Part shown: positions 1-11,291 of the stretch, in pieces | Position numbering within the stretch: position 1 is the stretch's first letter | Layout of the letters: the number at the start of each line of letters is the position of its first letter | DNA from: Nemertoderma westbladi | Lineage: Eukaryota; Animalia; Xenacoelomorpha | Length of the DNA: 64,000 nucleotides | Direction of reading: 5' to 3' | NCBI GenBank assembly: GCA_032718475.1 | Contig: JAUCBJ010004237.1 | Span: 608 to 64,607, forward strand | The notes under the pieces: model-generated | Databases searched by the model: none | Told to the model about the DNA's origin: nothing | What the model saw: the letters and a program-made list of their open reading frames with translations, nothing else | Made by a program: the position numbers and the translations under genes

Positions 1-1990
1 CCGGTACCAGCACAGCAGTATGACTACAGCATGCAGGGACATAACATATACCCAGGGGAGGGGGGAATTATTGCGGATAGGTGTATGGGCCCCAATATAT
101 TAACATCAACCCCAGTACCAAACATACCGGTGGGGGGGGGGGGGGGGGGACAGGGTGACATTCCCCCATCACAATATCAACAATATACCCCGATAGGAGC
201 AAGAACAACGAGACACTTGGATGAAAATAGGTCGTGTGACACAGAAATATGGAGGGGGCCGCTACCCCCGATGACATACCCAAGTCAAAGAAGATCGGGA
301 GATAGGACGGACGAACCGCACCAGACAGGAGAAACTATACAGCACCCATCGAATCTATTGGAAGCGCAGGCGATGGGGATGGCCACGTTGATCGATGCGT
401 TGAAAACGAGGATCGAGTTACCACCCGTGGAACCATTCAAGTTCGATGGGAGTAGGCCGGAAGAATACCTACAGTTTCGGCGCATGTATAGTAACGAAAT
501 ACTAACAAAAAACTTGACGCAGGCGGAGTGCCTAAAGTATCTGCAAGTATACACGGGAGGCCCAGCATACGATATCGTGAGGCAATATCAAGGAATAGAG
601 GGCGGCTTCACGACAGCATGGCGGGCACTGGACAGGGAATACGGGCACCCGGCCAAGATCATCAGACAGACACTGAGAGGCATAACATCAGGTGGCCTAC
701 AGGATAATCCCGTTAGCATTAAGACGTTCGCTAACAAAGTCGAAAAGGCGCTAATCGTGCTGAAGACGCTAGACGCGCCATACGAGCTCAACGCGTCCAA
801 TAACATCACCACGATAGCGCAGGCACTACCGAACTGGCTGCGCAACAAGTGGAGGAAGATCGCTTTCTCCACTCGAGACAAGAAGGGTGCGGAACCGGGT
901 TTAGAAGAAATGTCAAGCTTCTTAAACTACGAGGCTGAACTAATAAATGACCCAGTCTATAGCGAAGATAGCCTGGGAAAGGGACCGAAGACGGATTACC
1001 ATAGACCGAAACCAGAGCACAATACATCAAACGCATTACCGAGGCTCAGGCAATCATTGCCATATGCAGCGACGCAGGGGACTGCAAGTCCACAGCTAGC
1101 CGAAGATAAGACAACACCATGGAACGGACAGGGGAACAATAACAACACAAATAAATATAACCCCAGTACGTCCAGTAGGCCGAATCCTAACAATAAGAAT
1201 AGTAGGGACTTTGGTACAAACGCAGCTGCGATACGCAATGCGCTGTATAAGGAGGGCTACGACCCAAAGAGCAAATGCCAGCTACACGCAAATGCGCTTC
1301 ATCAAACCATGAACTGCAGGTACTGGCAAGCGCTACCCAGGGAAGATCAGGTAGAATATGCGGCGAGGAATGAGATCTGCTCGCGATGTGTGATGAGTGG
1401 ACATAGAGCTAGGCAATGCAAGGAGATGCCGGTCAAGTTCGGTCAAAGGAAAGGCCAAACGATGGCAACGAGCACAGTAGGGGCGAAGAGGAGAGGAACG
1501 GTGCTACTTGGGGGTAGTACCTGTGCGAGTGATTGGAGAAGGCAATCGATCAGTAACAACACTAATGCTGGTTGATAGTGGAGCTGCCTTCACATTAGTC
1601 GAGGATTGGGTGGCCGAAGAAATAGGATTGAGAACGAGGCCAAGTAGAATGGTGGTAACAACCATCTCCAGCAAAGATGAGGTCCTGGAGATGAGAACCG
1701 GACGGTGCACTATCGCAGCAATAGCACCAGGATGCGACTATGGGGCGAGCATCGACCCCATCCAAGTGATAGAGTCAATAAACATCAACGCCAGACGGCC
1801 CACCAACATTGAGGTCGAACAATATAAATTTCTGGATGATATCGACTTCTCAATCCCAGAGGTGGACGTTAGGAAGGTATCCATCATAGTAGGAATGGAC
1901 TGCCCAACGGCCCACGAAAGAATGCAAACGGTCTTCGGCGAAGACAAGCAGTGTGACCCGGTGGCGATACTGACACCATTCGGGTGGACT
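1..1990 (+). mobile_element. Truncated BEL/Pao retrotransposon copy (gag C-half + aspartic protease), sister of the element at 2674-15099
   Basis: Colinear with about 4612-6602. Contains a DUF1759-type gag core (FDGSRPEEY), a CCHC knuckle (CSRCVMSGHRARQC) and the protease motif LVDSGA. An extra G near 1510 shifts the frame, and similarity stops abruptly at TPFGWT (about 1989). Confidence 0.95.
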
Positions 1991-2103
1991 TTTTTATAAA
2001 TAATTTTGTAATAAGGTGTTGTTCAGAAATGGAAAAAATTTCTGAATTTCTGAACAACAACTTATTACAAAATCATATATATAATAATAATATAGAACAG
2101 AAA

Positions 2104-2673
2104 CTAACGCCTTCTATCCGTATATGAGTGATGGGCTGAAAGAATGCACTTAACCAAGGAGCACTTTGTGAATCCATCCCAATTACCATTGACCTTCTCC
2201 AAAAGTGTATGGAGGCCCAACTTCTTAAAGGAAAACTTTGCCAGAGATTTGGATGTTGTTTTTCCGGCGAAAGAACACTTTTTAGCTAATTCTCTAGTCA
2301 TGAGATATTCTTCCATCTGTCTCAATACAGCTTGTTTCATATTGGAACCACCGACTCTTTGCAAAGCAATAAATGTCTTTGGATCGGCGATTAACGTGAC
2401 AAGTTCATTCTTCATTTTCGCTCTAATTATTGATTCCGTAACATCCTGTTGCAGGTTACTGTGACTCTGACTATCTACACGTTGACTTAACCTCACTACT
2501 TCCTCCTTAATTTGACCTACCTTTGTGGCAATACTCATGAGCGTCAATCGATTATTTTTTGACATTAAAAACGTCGATATATTTAACTGACGATCTGACA
2601 ATCTTTTTAATTCTGGTGGTTCTTCTGGCAAGTCCTGATCAACAACTGAAATAACTTCCGAATCCTTATCAAC
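2104..2673 (-). pseudogene. C-terminal half of a DUF4806-domain accessory ORF of an EnSpm/CACTA-like transposon, split by the BEL insertion
   Basis: VGGSNMKQAVLRQMEEYLMTRELAKKCSFAGK...FSFKKL resembles DUF4806. It joins in frame with 15653-15100 across the TCAAC TSD (NVVTPVD|KDSEVISVVD). Confidence 0.75.
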
Positions 2674-3218
2674 TGTTAGCTTATTCAATCCCGCTAACAC
2701 CCCATAAAAGTTAAGCCGATAAGCAATATTGGGGGCCACGAGATTGGGTAATCACCAACTCGTGTCACCCCAATAAAATGGGAAGGAGAAACACAATGAG
2801 GGTCAGGGGCCAAACCCCTAACCCAGAGAGAACAGGTGGAGTGAACGGGAACACTCCAAAGGGCGCCAACAAGGGTATCAACCAATCAGAGGGGGGAAAG
2901 GCATCGATTAGGTAGAGTAACAAGGCCAACCCGTGCAATATAGCCAGTTGGCAGTAATCATTTCCTTCAGTTATCTCAGTATCATATTGGTGCTAGTTAG
3001 GTTAGTTAGTTTAGCTAGGGAAGGACCGGGACTTTAATTACCGTATCCCGCCTTCCGGATACGACAACATTATCCATATCTATGCTTATATCTATATACC
3101 CGTACAACCGATTATTATATACGATGAACGACACGAACTCTTTTTACCTTTCACACACGGCGGGGACGCGTGAACTAAACAACCGGATAAACCGGGATCC
3201 TTCCTGGATCCCGTCACA
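2674..3218 (+). repeat. 5' LTR of the BEL element
   Basis: TG...CA ends. Matches 14555-15099 with only three substitutions that I could see. AATATA at about 2938 and TCAGTT/TCAGTA initiator-like motifs at about 2967-2981. Confidence 0.97.
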
Positions 3219-3292
3219 GTAATTAAAACTCAGAGCTGCCGCCCTAGCTAGCTAAACCCAGCGACTACCAGCCACCAATCGAACCAAGCGAG

Positions 3293-6200
3293 ATGAGTCA
3301 GTCGGGAGAGACGACGCCGACGCGGACCCCGGACGAAGAATTAACGATCCGCGAGGCCGCAACCAGGCGGTACAGGCCCACAACGCCGGACCCATCGGTA
3401 ACGGGTCATCCGGCAGCTCAGGATGAGGGGGGCCGCCTGGAACCCGAGGTCGAGCCGAGAGAAGGAGAGAGCGAGACGGAGGGAGACGGAGACGAGTCGA
3501 CACGAGACGCGGGTCGACGTACTGATGTCGCCGGCCAGCCACAGGCCGAAGGCGACGAGCGGCCCACCGAAACGGCGACGGTGGGGCCGACGGTACAACG
3601 CCGGACCCGAAGAGACGGAGGAGATGTCGGTACCGATGTCGCCGGCCAGCCACAGGCCGAGGGCGACGAGCGGCCCACCGAAACGGCGACGGTGGGGCCG
3701 ACGGTACAACGCCAGACCCGGAGAGACGGAAGAGAGGTCGGTGACGAGGACGTCGGGGTTTCTGATCGACTTCGACGGGCCTACAACGCGACCCGGAGAC
3801 TATTAGAGGAGGCCAGAGGAGGGGCAACGATAGACAAGGTAAAACTAAAGAAAGGACTAGGTGAGTCGAATAGACACTTTTATTATCTAATGCGCTTCGG
3901 GCAAAGAGAACTGGCCAAGGAGAGAGCGAGAGGGGTTGCCGAGGAACTGTATGACTTATGGCGGCATAGGGGTATGGAACCTAGCGTAGTGTACGTAGGG
4001 CCGTACTTAGTCGATGCCCGGGGAGTAAAATTAGTGGGTTGGGAGAGACCTGAGGAGGACGAATCCGAGGTTAACCCCGAGGATTCGGCCTCGTCGGTCG
4101 GAGGAAGTTCCGGGAGGCGGGGGAAAGTTAGTAGGACGGGGAGGCGGAGGGAATCCGTTACAACTGATAAGTCTGCTACATCCTCCGTAAAAGAAAGACG
4201 GGTGAGAGAGATAAATGCCACGTACCGTCTCGATTTAATAGAGCAAGGTCAAAGGGAAGTGGGTAGACGGTTAGAGGAGGGGAGAGTGCTGCTAGAGAGG
4301 GAAATGGCGTTGATTAAGGAAACCGGAGAGAGGGCCGAAAGGGCCGCGAGAAGCCTTAGGGAGTGTGAGGAAGTAGGGAGGAAGGAACAAGAAGAGCGCG
4401 AGGCGAGAGAGAAAAATGAGCGCAAAGAGCGTGAGGCGGAACGTAGGGAACGTGAGGCGAAAGAGGAAAACGAGTGCAAAGAGCGCGAGGAGAGAGAGAA
4501 AAACGAGCGCAGAGAGCGTGAGGCGAGACGAAGGGTGGGCGGACAACGGGATTAAACCCAGAAGTCGCGGAATACATACCGGCGAGTAGGCCAGAAGCTG
4601 ATAGGCCTATACCGGTACCAGCACAGCAGTATGACTACAGCATGCAGGGACATAACATATACCCAGGGGAGGGGGGAATTATTGCGGATAGGTGTATGGG
4701 CCCCAATATATTAACATCAACCCCAGTACCAAACATACCGGTGGGGGGGGGGGGGGGGGGGGGGCAGGGTGACATACCCCATCACAATATCAACAATATA
4801 CCCCGATAGGAGCAAGAACAACGAGACCCTTGGATGAAAATAGGTCGTGTGACACAGAAATATGGAGGGGGCCGCTACCCCCGATGACATACCCAAGTCA
4901 AAGAAGATCGGGAGATAGGACGGACAAACCGCACCAGACAGGAGAAACTATACAGCACCCATCGAATCCATTGGAAGCGCAGGCGATGGGGATGGCCACG
5001 TTGATCGATGCGTTGAAAACGAGGATCGAGTTACCACCCGTGGAACCATTCAAGTTCGATGGGAGTAGGCCGGAAGAATATCTACAGTTTCGGCGCATGT
5101 ATAGTAACGAAATACTAACAAAAAACTTGACGCAGGCGGAGTGCCTAAAGTATCTGCAAGTATACACGGGAGGCCCAGCATACGATATCGTGAGGCAATA
5201 TCAAGGAATAGAGGGCGGCTTCACGACAGCATGGCGGGCACTGGACAGGGAATACGGGCACCTGGCCAAGATCATCAGACAGACACTGAGAGGCATAACA
5301 TCGGGTGGCCTACAGGATAATCCCGTTAGCATTAAGACGTTCGCTAACAATGTCGAAAAGGCGCTAATCGTGCTGAAGACGCTAGACGCGCCATACGAGC
5401 TCAACGCGTCCAATGACATCACCACGATAGCGCAGGCACTACCGAACTGGCTGCGCAACAAGTGGAGGAAGATCGCTTTCTCCACTCGAGACAAGAAGGG
5501 TGCGGAACCGGGTTTAGAAGAAATGTCAAGCTTCTTAAACTACGAGGCTGAACGAATAACTGACCCAGTCTATAGCGAAGATAGCCTGGGAAAGGGACCG
5601 AAGACGGATTACCATAGACCGAAACCAGAGCACAATACATCAAACGCATTACCGAGGCTCAGGCAATCATTGCCATATGCAGCGACGCAGGGGACTGCAA
5701 GTCCACAGCTAGCCGAAGATAAGACAACACCATGGAACGGACAGGGGAACAATAACAACACGAATAAATATAACCCCAGTACGTCCAGTAGGCCGAATCC
5801 AAACAATAAGAATAGTAGGGACTTTGGTACAAACGCAGCTGCGATACGCAATGCGCTGTATAAGGAGGGCTACGACCCAAAGAGCAAATGCCAGCTACAC
5901 GCAAATGCGCTTCATCAAACCATGAACTGCAGGTACTGGCAGGCGCTACCTAGGCAAGATCAGATAGATTATGCGTTGAGCAATAAAATCTGCTCGCGAT
6001 GTTTGATGAGTGGACATAGAGCAAGGGAATGCAAGGAGAAGCCGGTCAAGTTTGGTCAAAGGAGAGGCCAAACGATGGCGACGAGCACAGTAGGGGCGAA
6101 GAAGAGAGGAACGGTGTTACTTGGAGTAGTACCCGTGCGAGTGATTGGGGAAGGCAATCGATCAGTAACAACACTAATGCTGGTTGATAGTGGAGCTGCC

Positions 6201-6944
6201 TTCACATTAGTCGAGGAATGGGTGGCCGAAGAGATAGGATTGAAAACGAGGCCAAGCAGAATGGCGGTAACAACCATCTCTAGCAAAGATGAGATCCTGG
6301 AGATGAGAACAGGACGGTGCGCAATTGCAGCAGTGGCACCGGGATGCGACTATGGGGCAACCATCGACCCCATCCAAGTGATAGAGTCAATTAATATCAA
6401 TGCCAGGCAGCCAACCAACATCGAGGTCGAGCAATATAAATTCCTGGACGACATTGACTTCTCAATCCCAGACGTGGACGTTAGGAAGGTATCCATCATA
6501 GTAGGAATGGATTGCCCAACGGCCCACGAAAGAATGCAAACGGTCTTCGGCGAAGACAAGCAGTGTGACCCGGTGGCGATATTAACACCATTCGGGTGGA
6601 CGCTGAGTGGCCCAATCAAGACCAAGATACCATTTAGGATGTTGGAGACATCAGGATGCATGTTCGCGGGAACAATGCAGGAAATGGGTGATGAGGGAGC
6701 AGAGGAGCAGCTTAAAAGACTGCCCAGACAAGTTTTCGAGGGACTAAAAGAGACCGGGGTCGGGACCTCGGTAGAAGACAAGCAGGCTTTACAAAGCGTG
6801 GAGGAATCGATGACATGCAGTGAGGGGCGGTATACTATAGGAATGGTATGGAAACTACCGAAGATACTGCTGCCCGATAATAGAGGGATGGTACTCACAA
6901 GACTCCGCAAGCTGAAACAAACACTAAAACGGAGCCCCGAGTAG
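3293..6944 (+). pseudogene. gag: BEL gag + protease part of the polyprotein, frameshifted near 4500-4550 and in the G-run at 4743-4764
   Basis: ORFs 3293-4555 and 4830-6944 are bridged by a third frame that the sister copy reads continuously into the gag core. Contains a 111-bp internal duplication, an E/R coiled coil, the DUF1759 core, knuckles CQLHANALHQTMNC and CSRCLMSGHRAREC, protease LVDSGA and TPFGW. Confidence 0.9.
3524..3730 (+). repeat. 111-bp (37-aa) tandem duplication in the gag N-terminus
   Basis: DVAGQPQAEGDERPTETATVGPTVQR occurs twice, with units starting at 3524 and 3635. Confidence 0.95.
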
Positions 6945-9900
6945 AATGAGTACATCCACAGAACGATCAAGAAGTACGTCGAGAAAGGATGGGCCGTGGG
7001 GTTACCGGTCGACGAACCGAACACGGACAGGACATATTACCTGCCACTCCACGTGGCTTTAAACCCAAAGAAAGGTAAACTGCGGATGGTAGTTGACGCA
7101 TCGGCAAAGACCAATGGAAAATGCTTAAACGACTACCTGTTAGAAGGCCCAAACATATACAACTCGGGCATAGAGGTGCTACTTAGATTTAGAAATGGGA
7201 AACACACCTTCACGTATGACATAGAAGGCATGTTCAACCAAGTCCGTGTAACGGAGGAAGATAGCGACAGTCAACGCTTCTTATGGTATAACGGCGAGGA
7301 AGAACCGTCGATAATACCGGCATATAAGATGGTAGTACAAAACATGGGAGCCAAGTCGTCTTCATTTACGACGACTATGGCAGTGAGGGATACAGTGAAA
7401 GGGAAGGAAGATAGATACAGCACTAGGGCCGTCGATATGATTCGACACGGCTTCTACGTAGACGACGGAATGGAGCCTGGAAATACGGTTAAGGAGATAC
7501 TGGACACGGGGCGCGAGGTTCGCGACATCCTAAAAGGATCCGGCTTTAACCTGACAAAATTCCAATCCAGTTCGGAAGAATTTATCAAGGCGATAGAGGA
7601 CAAGAGGCCAGAATCGACCATGGATAATCCCACAACAGCCAAAGGGCAGGACATGGCGAATAAGAGAACAGAATCTCAACAGAAGGCATTGGGAATCGTG
7701 TGGAACAGAGAGACAGACGAACTGAAGTATCAGCTGAGCCAGGAGGGCGCAGACATCCACACGAAGAGGGGCTATGTATCGTATATAGCAAGGATATACG
7801 ATCCCCTAGGCCTAGCATCCCCATTATTAGTCACGGGGAAACAGATACTCAAGAGAGTATACAAATTGAAGGATGAGTGGGACGTAGAGGTACCAGAGGA
7901 AATCAAGAAACAGTGGAGTAAGTGGACAGGAGACTTGGAGAAGATGGGAACATACAACATGCCACGAGTGTATTTCCCGGATGGGAACATGACGAATCTG
8001 GACCTACACATGTTCTCCGATGCGTCGTTGGAGGCGTACGGAGCGGCACTCTACTTAGTACAACGAGAGGGGGCTCATAAGCCCAGACTAGCCTTTAGCA
8101 AAGCAAAGTCAACGCCGCCAGATTCAGCATCAGTTCCCAAGTTAGAATTGACAGCTGCGAGACTAGGAGTTAGAGCCACAGCCTACCTAGTGGATACTAT
8201 TCCCAACATAGTGGAGACACACTACTGGACGGACTCCATGGTAGTGCTTGGTTGGCTACATAATGAAAGGACGAGATACCCAATATTCGTCGCAAATAGA
8301 GTGGACGAAATAAGGGCGACCACAGAACTGGAAAGGTGGCACTACTGCCCAACGGACGAGAACCCAGCGGACTTGTTGTCGAGGGGCGTGGTACGCCACA
8401 CTTTCTTGAAGAAGGAAGTATTGTGGCAACATGGGCCACAATTTCTGAGCGATAAGGAGGCCTGGCCGCCGATGAAAAAGGTGGACCCGGGCTCAGAAGT
8501 AGTGTCAGAGGGAGAAGAGGGAGATTCAGAGGGAGAAGAGATATACTCCCGGATGGTGAGGGAGATTAGAGACGTGCAACCAAGACGAGAACTGTGCGAT
8601 AACCCGACGGATAAACTCCTCAGCTACAGTTCTAGTTGGTATAAGACCAAGAAACTAGTGGCGTACTGGAGAGCCTTCAGGAATTTCCTCGCGGGAGTTG
8701 GCAAAGACAAGATCAAGACATACATAGATCTGGAAGGAGTGGCCAAGGCAATCATCCGCTATGAACAACGGAAGAACTATGGCGACGAGGTAGAACGCGT
8801 CGGTAACCAACAGCACCTCCGACGGGACAGCGAGCTGATCACGCTGTCGCCACAACTTAATGACGACGGGATTCTAGTAATGAACTCTAGGGTGGGATAC
8901 AACAATAGCATAATCGTACCACCGAAACCCATCATCATTCCAACAGGATCGCCAATAGTTCACCAGATTATCTGGGACTCCCATAAGTCGATATTGCACG
9001 GGGGCACCAACCGAACCCTCACCGAGATAAGGAGGACCTTTTGGGTCAAACAGTTGAGGAAGAAGGTAAAAGCGGTGGTGGGGCAGTGCCAGACCTGCCG
9101 ACGAGCGAAGAAGGAGCGAGCCATACAAGAGATGGCGCCACTACCAGCGAGTAGAGTAAGACAACACGACCCGCCATTTACGCATTGCGGTGTGGACATG
9201 TTCGGGCCGATAAAGATAAAGGTGATGCGGCACACGGAGAAGCGCTACGGTATCATCTTCGTATGTAACAACACGCGGGCGGTAGGGATAGAACTCGCCC
9301 AAGATGCAACCGCATCAGCATTCATTAATGCCTTAGAAAGGTTTAGAGACCGCAAAGGTGGGACGATCGCAGTGATATACAGCGACAACGGCACCAACTT
9401 TGTGGGCGCAGAGAATGAGATGGCAGAAGCCTTGGACATCTTGGAAGGGGAGGAAGTCAGGGCGGCCATGAGACGACGACAAGTAAAGTGGGAGAGAAGG
9501 ACGCCGTATGCACCACATACACTAGGATGCGTCGAGAGACTGGTGGGCAGTTCAAAGCGTCTAATGACGAAGCTAATGAACACCCACATGGTCACTGAGG
9601 ACGTCCTGAGAACAGTATTGGCGAAGTGTGAGGGTATCATTAATAGCAGACCGCTATATCCGGAGAATGATGACCCTGAGTCACTAGACATGCTGACGCC
9701 TAGCCATTTTCTAATGGAAAGGCCAGCGACCATCGATATGCGGGGTGTAGATCCAGACGACATACACTCCCGCCAGAGTTGGAAAGTCGCTAAAGCAATA
9801 AGCGCCGAGTATTGGAGGAGGTGGGTCGAAGAATACCTGCCCATGCTCCATAAAAGAAGCAAGTGGAGGAAGCAGAATAGGGAGTTAAGAAAGGGAGATC

Positions 9901-10091
9901 TCGTAATCGTTACGGATGATACTATCATCAACAACCAATGGCGGTTGGCGAGAGTTGTAGGCACTTACTCCGACGAGGACGGAAGAGTCCGATCGGTAGA
10001 AGTGCGGATAGGTGGTAAGATAGGTGCGAAGGACAGAAAAACCTACAGGAGAGCTGTAGGGAAATGCTGTCTGTTAGAAGGGGCACCTTAG
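6945..10091 (+). CDS. pol: BEL pol: reverse transcriptase, RNase H (Peptidase_A17-type), integrase, DUF5641-type tail
   Basis: RT motifs KLRMVVDAS, DIEGMFNQV, FYVDD; YDPLG; RNase H motifs FSDAS, PKLEL, WTDS, NPAD; HHCC zinc finger; integrase GVDMFGP / SDNGTNF / VERLV. Same frame as 4830-6944, separated by one TAG. Confidence 0.96.
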   Translation, partial: NEYIHRTIKKYVEKGWAVGLPVDEPNTDRTYYLPLHVALNPKKGKLRMVVDASAKTNGKCLNDYLLEGPNIYNSGIEVLLRFRNGKHTFTYDIEGMFNQVRVTEEDSDSQRFLWYNGEEEPSIIPAYKMVVQNMGAKSSSFTTTMAVRDTVKGKEDRYSTRAVDMIRHGFYVDDGMEPGNTVKEILDTGREVRDILKGSGFNLTKFQSSSEEFIKAIEDKRPESTMDNPTTAKGQDMANKRTESQQKALGIVWNRETDELKYQLSQEGADIHTKRGYVSYIARIYDPLGLASPLLVTGKQILKRVYKLKDEWDVEVPEEIKKQWSKWTGDLEKMGTYNMPRVYFPDGNMTNLDLHMFSDASLEAYGAALYLVQREGAHKPRLAFSKAKSTPPDSASVPKLELTAARLGVRATAYLVDTIPNIVETHYWTDSMVVLGWLHNERTRYPIFVANRVDEIRATTELERWHYCPTDENPADLLSRGVVRHTFLKKEVLWQHGPQFLSDKEAWPPMKKVDPGSEVVSEGEEGDSEGEEIYSRMVREIRDVQPRRELCDNPTDKLLSYSSSWYKTKKLVAYWRAFRNFLAGVGKDKIKTYIDLEGVAKAIIRYEQRKNYGDEVERVGNQQHLRRDSELITLSPQLNDDGILVMNSRVGYNNSIIVPPKPIIIPTGSPIVHQIIWDSHKSILHGGTNRTLTEIRRTFWVKQLRKKVKAVVGQCQTCRRAKKERAIQEMAPLPASRVRQHDPPFTHCGVDMFGPIKIKVMRHTEKRYGIIFVCNNTRAVGIELAQDATASAFINALERFRDRKGGTIAVIYSDNGTNFVGAENEMAEALDILEGEEVRAAMRRRQVKWERRTPYAPHTLGCVERLVGSSKRLMTKLMNTHMVTEDVLRTVLAKCEGIINSRPLYPENDDPESLDMLTPSHFLMERPATIDMRGVDPDDIHSRQSWKVAKAISAEYWRRWVEEYLPMLHKRSKWRKQNRELRKGDLVIVTDDTIINNQWRLARVVGTYSDEDGRVRSVEVRIGGKIGAKDRKTYRRAVGKCCLLEGAP

Positions 10092-10254
10092 TGGAGTTAG
10101 AGAAGTGTTTAGTCGTCCAAGCTTTGGACTGAGGGGGGTGGGATTGAGGGCGAGACGCCCTTCCAACACATAAAAAAAAAATAATAAAAAAAATAAAAAT
10201 AAAATAATAGTACATAGTAGGTACGCAGTTAGTAGGCAGAAGTTAGTCAGTAAG

Positions 10255-10790
10255 AAGGTACGTAGTACCTAGAGTTAGTTAGTTAAGAGGTACGTAGTAC
10301 CTAGAGTTAGTTAGTTAAGAGGTACGTAGTACCTAGAGTTAGTTAGTTAAGAGGTACATAGTACCTAGAGTTAGTTAGTTAAGAGGTACGTAGTACCTAG
10401 AGTTAGTTAGTTAAGAGGTACGTAGTACCTAGAGTTAGTTAGTTAGTTAGGAGGTATGTAGTACCGCTAGTTAGGAGAGAGTTAGAGGTACGTAGTACCT
10501 AGAGTTAGTTAGTTAGTTAGGAGGTACGTAGTACCGCTAGTTAGGAGAGAGTTAGAAGGTACGTAGTACCGTTAGTTAGAGAAGAGTTAGAGGGTACGTA
10601 GTACCGTTAGCTAGAGAGTTAGAGGGTACGTAGTACCGTTAGTTAGAGAAGAGTTAGAGGGTATGTAGTACCGTTAGTTAGAGAGTTAGAGGGTACGTAG
10701 TACCGCTAGTTAGAGAGTTAGAGGGTACATAGTACCGTTAGTTAGAGAAGAGTTAGAGTTAGAGGGTATGTAGTACCATTAGTTAGAGAG
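10255..10790 (+). repeat. Tandem array of about 16 units of 31-40 bp, each a GGTAC-GTA-GTACC hairpin plus (GTTA)n/GA-rich spacer
   Basis: Consensus GAGGTACGTAGTACCTAGAGTTAGTTAGTTAA in the first units, changing to GGGTACGTAGTACCGTTAGTTAGAGAGTTAGA. Confidence 0.95.
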
Positions 10791-11291
10791 AGAGAGTAAG
10801 AGGTAGAAGGGTATATAAGATATAGATATTAGTTAGCAGTTAGTAGCGAGAGGGAGGCATATGAGTACAGTTGGGTAAATCGTGTGGCCACACGACGCAT
10901 ACTTCTGTACTGCACAAGCCCACAGAGTAGGCCAGAATGTGGATTAGAGAATAGAATAATCCATAGGCAATAGTAAGTAGTAGGACAGTAGAATTAAAAT
11001 TAAACTAAAAATAAATAGATAGATAAAAATAAATAGAATAGGGCTGAAAGTTACAAATTATGGCAACACTAGGAAAGTTATTCTGGAACATAATAAAAGT
11101 AACGGACAGAAATCGAAATTAGGGTGTATTTACTAGCTTCAGAATTAATTAGTAAGAATTTAGGCTAAAAGGGCGCAGTTAAGTAAGGAATAGGCCATTA
11201 TCGGACTGTACAGAACATCTTAGATACATCACTCATCTGTATTGCGCCTTGGTAAGGCACCACCTTACAGGTGAGCGAGTGAGTGTTCGGA

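Noticed and set aside
2694-2885. 63-aa minus-strand ORF repeated at 14575-14766
   Set aside because: Identical only because it lies in the LTRs; no coding features.
6942-6944. Programmed stop-codon read-through between gag-pro and pol
   Set aside because: The TAG falls inside a conserved pre-RT helix where Leu is expected, and BEL elements normally have one ORF. A TTG-to-TAG mutation is simpler.
10255-10790. CRISPR-like array of palindromic repeats
   Set aside because: Spacers are not unique, the context is a eukaryotic retrotransposon and no cas genes are present.
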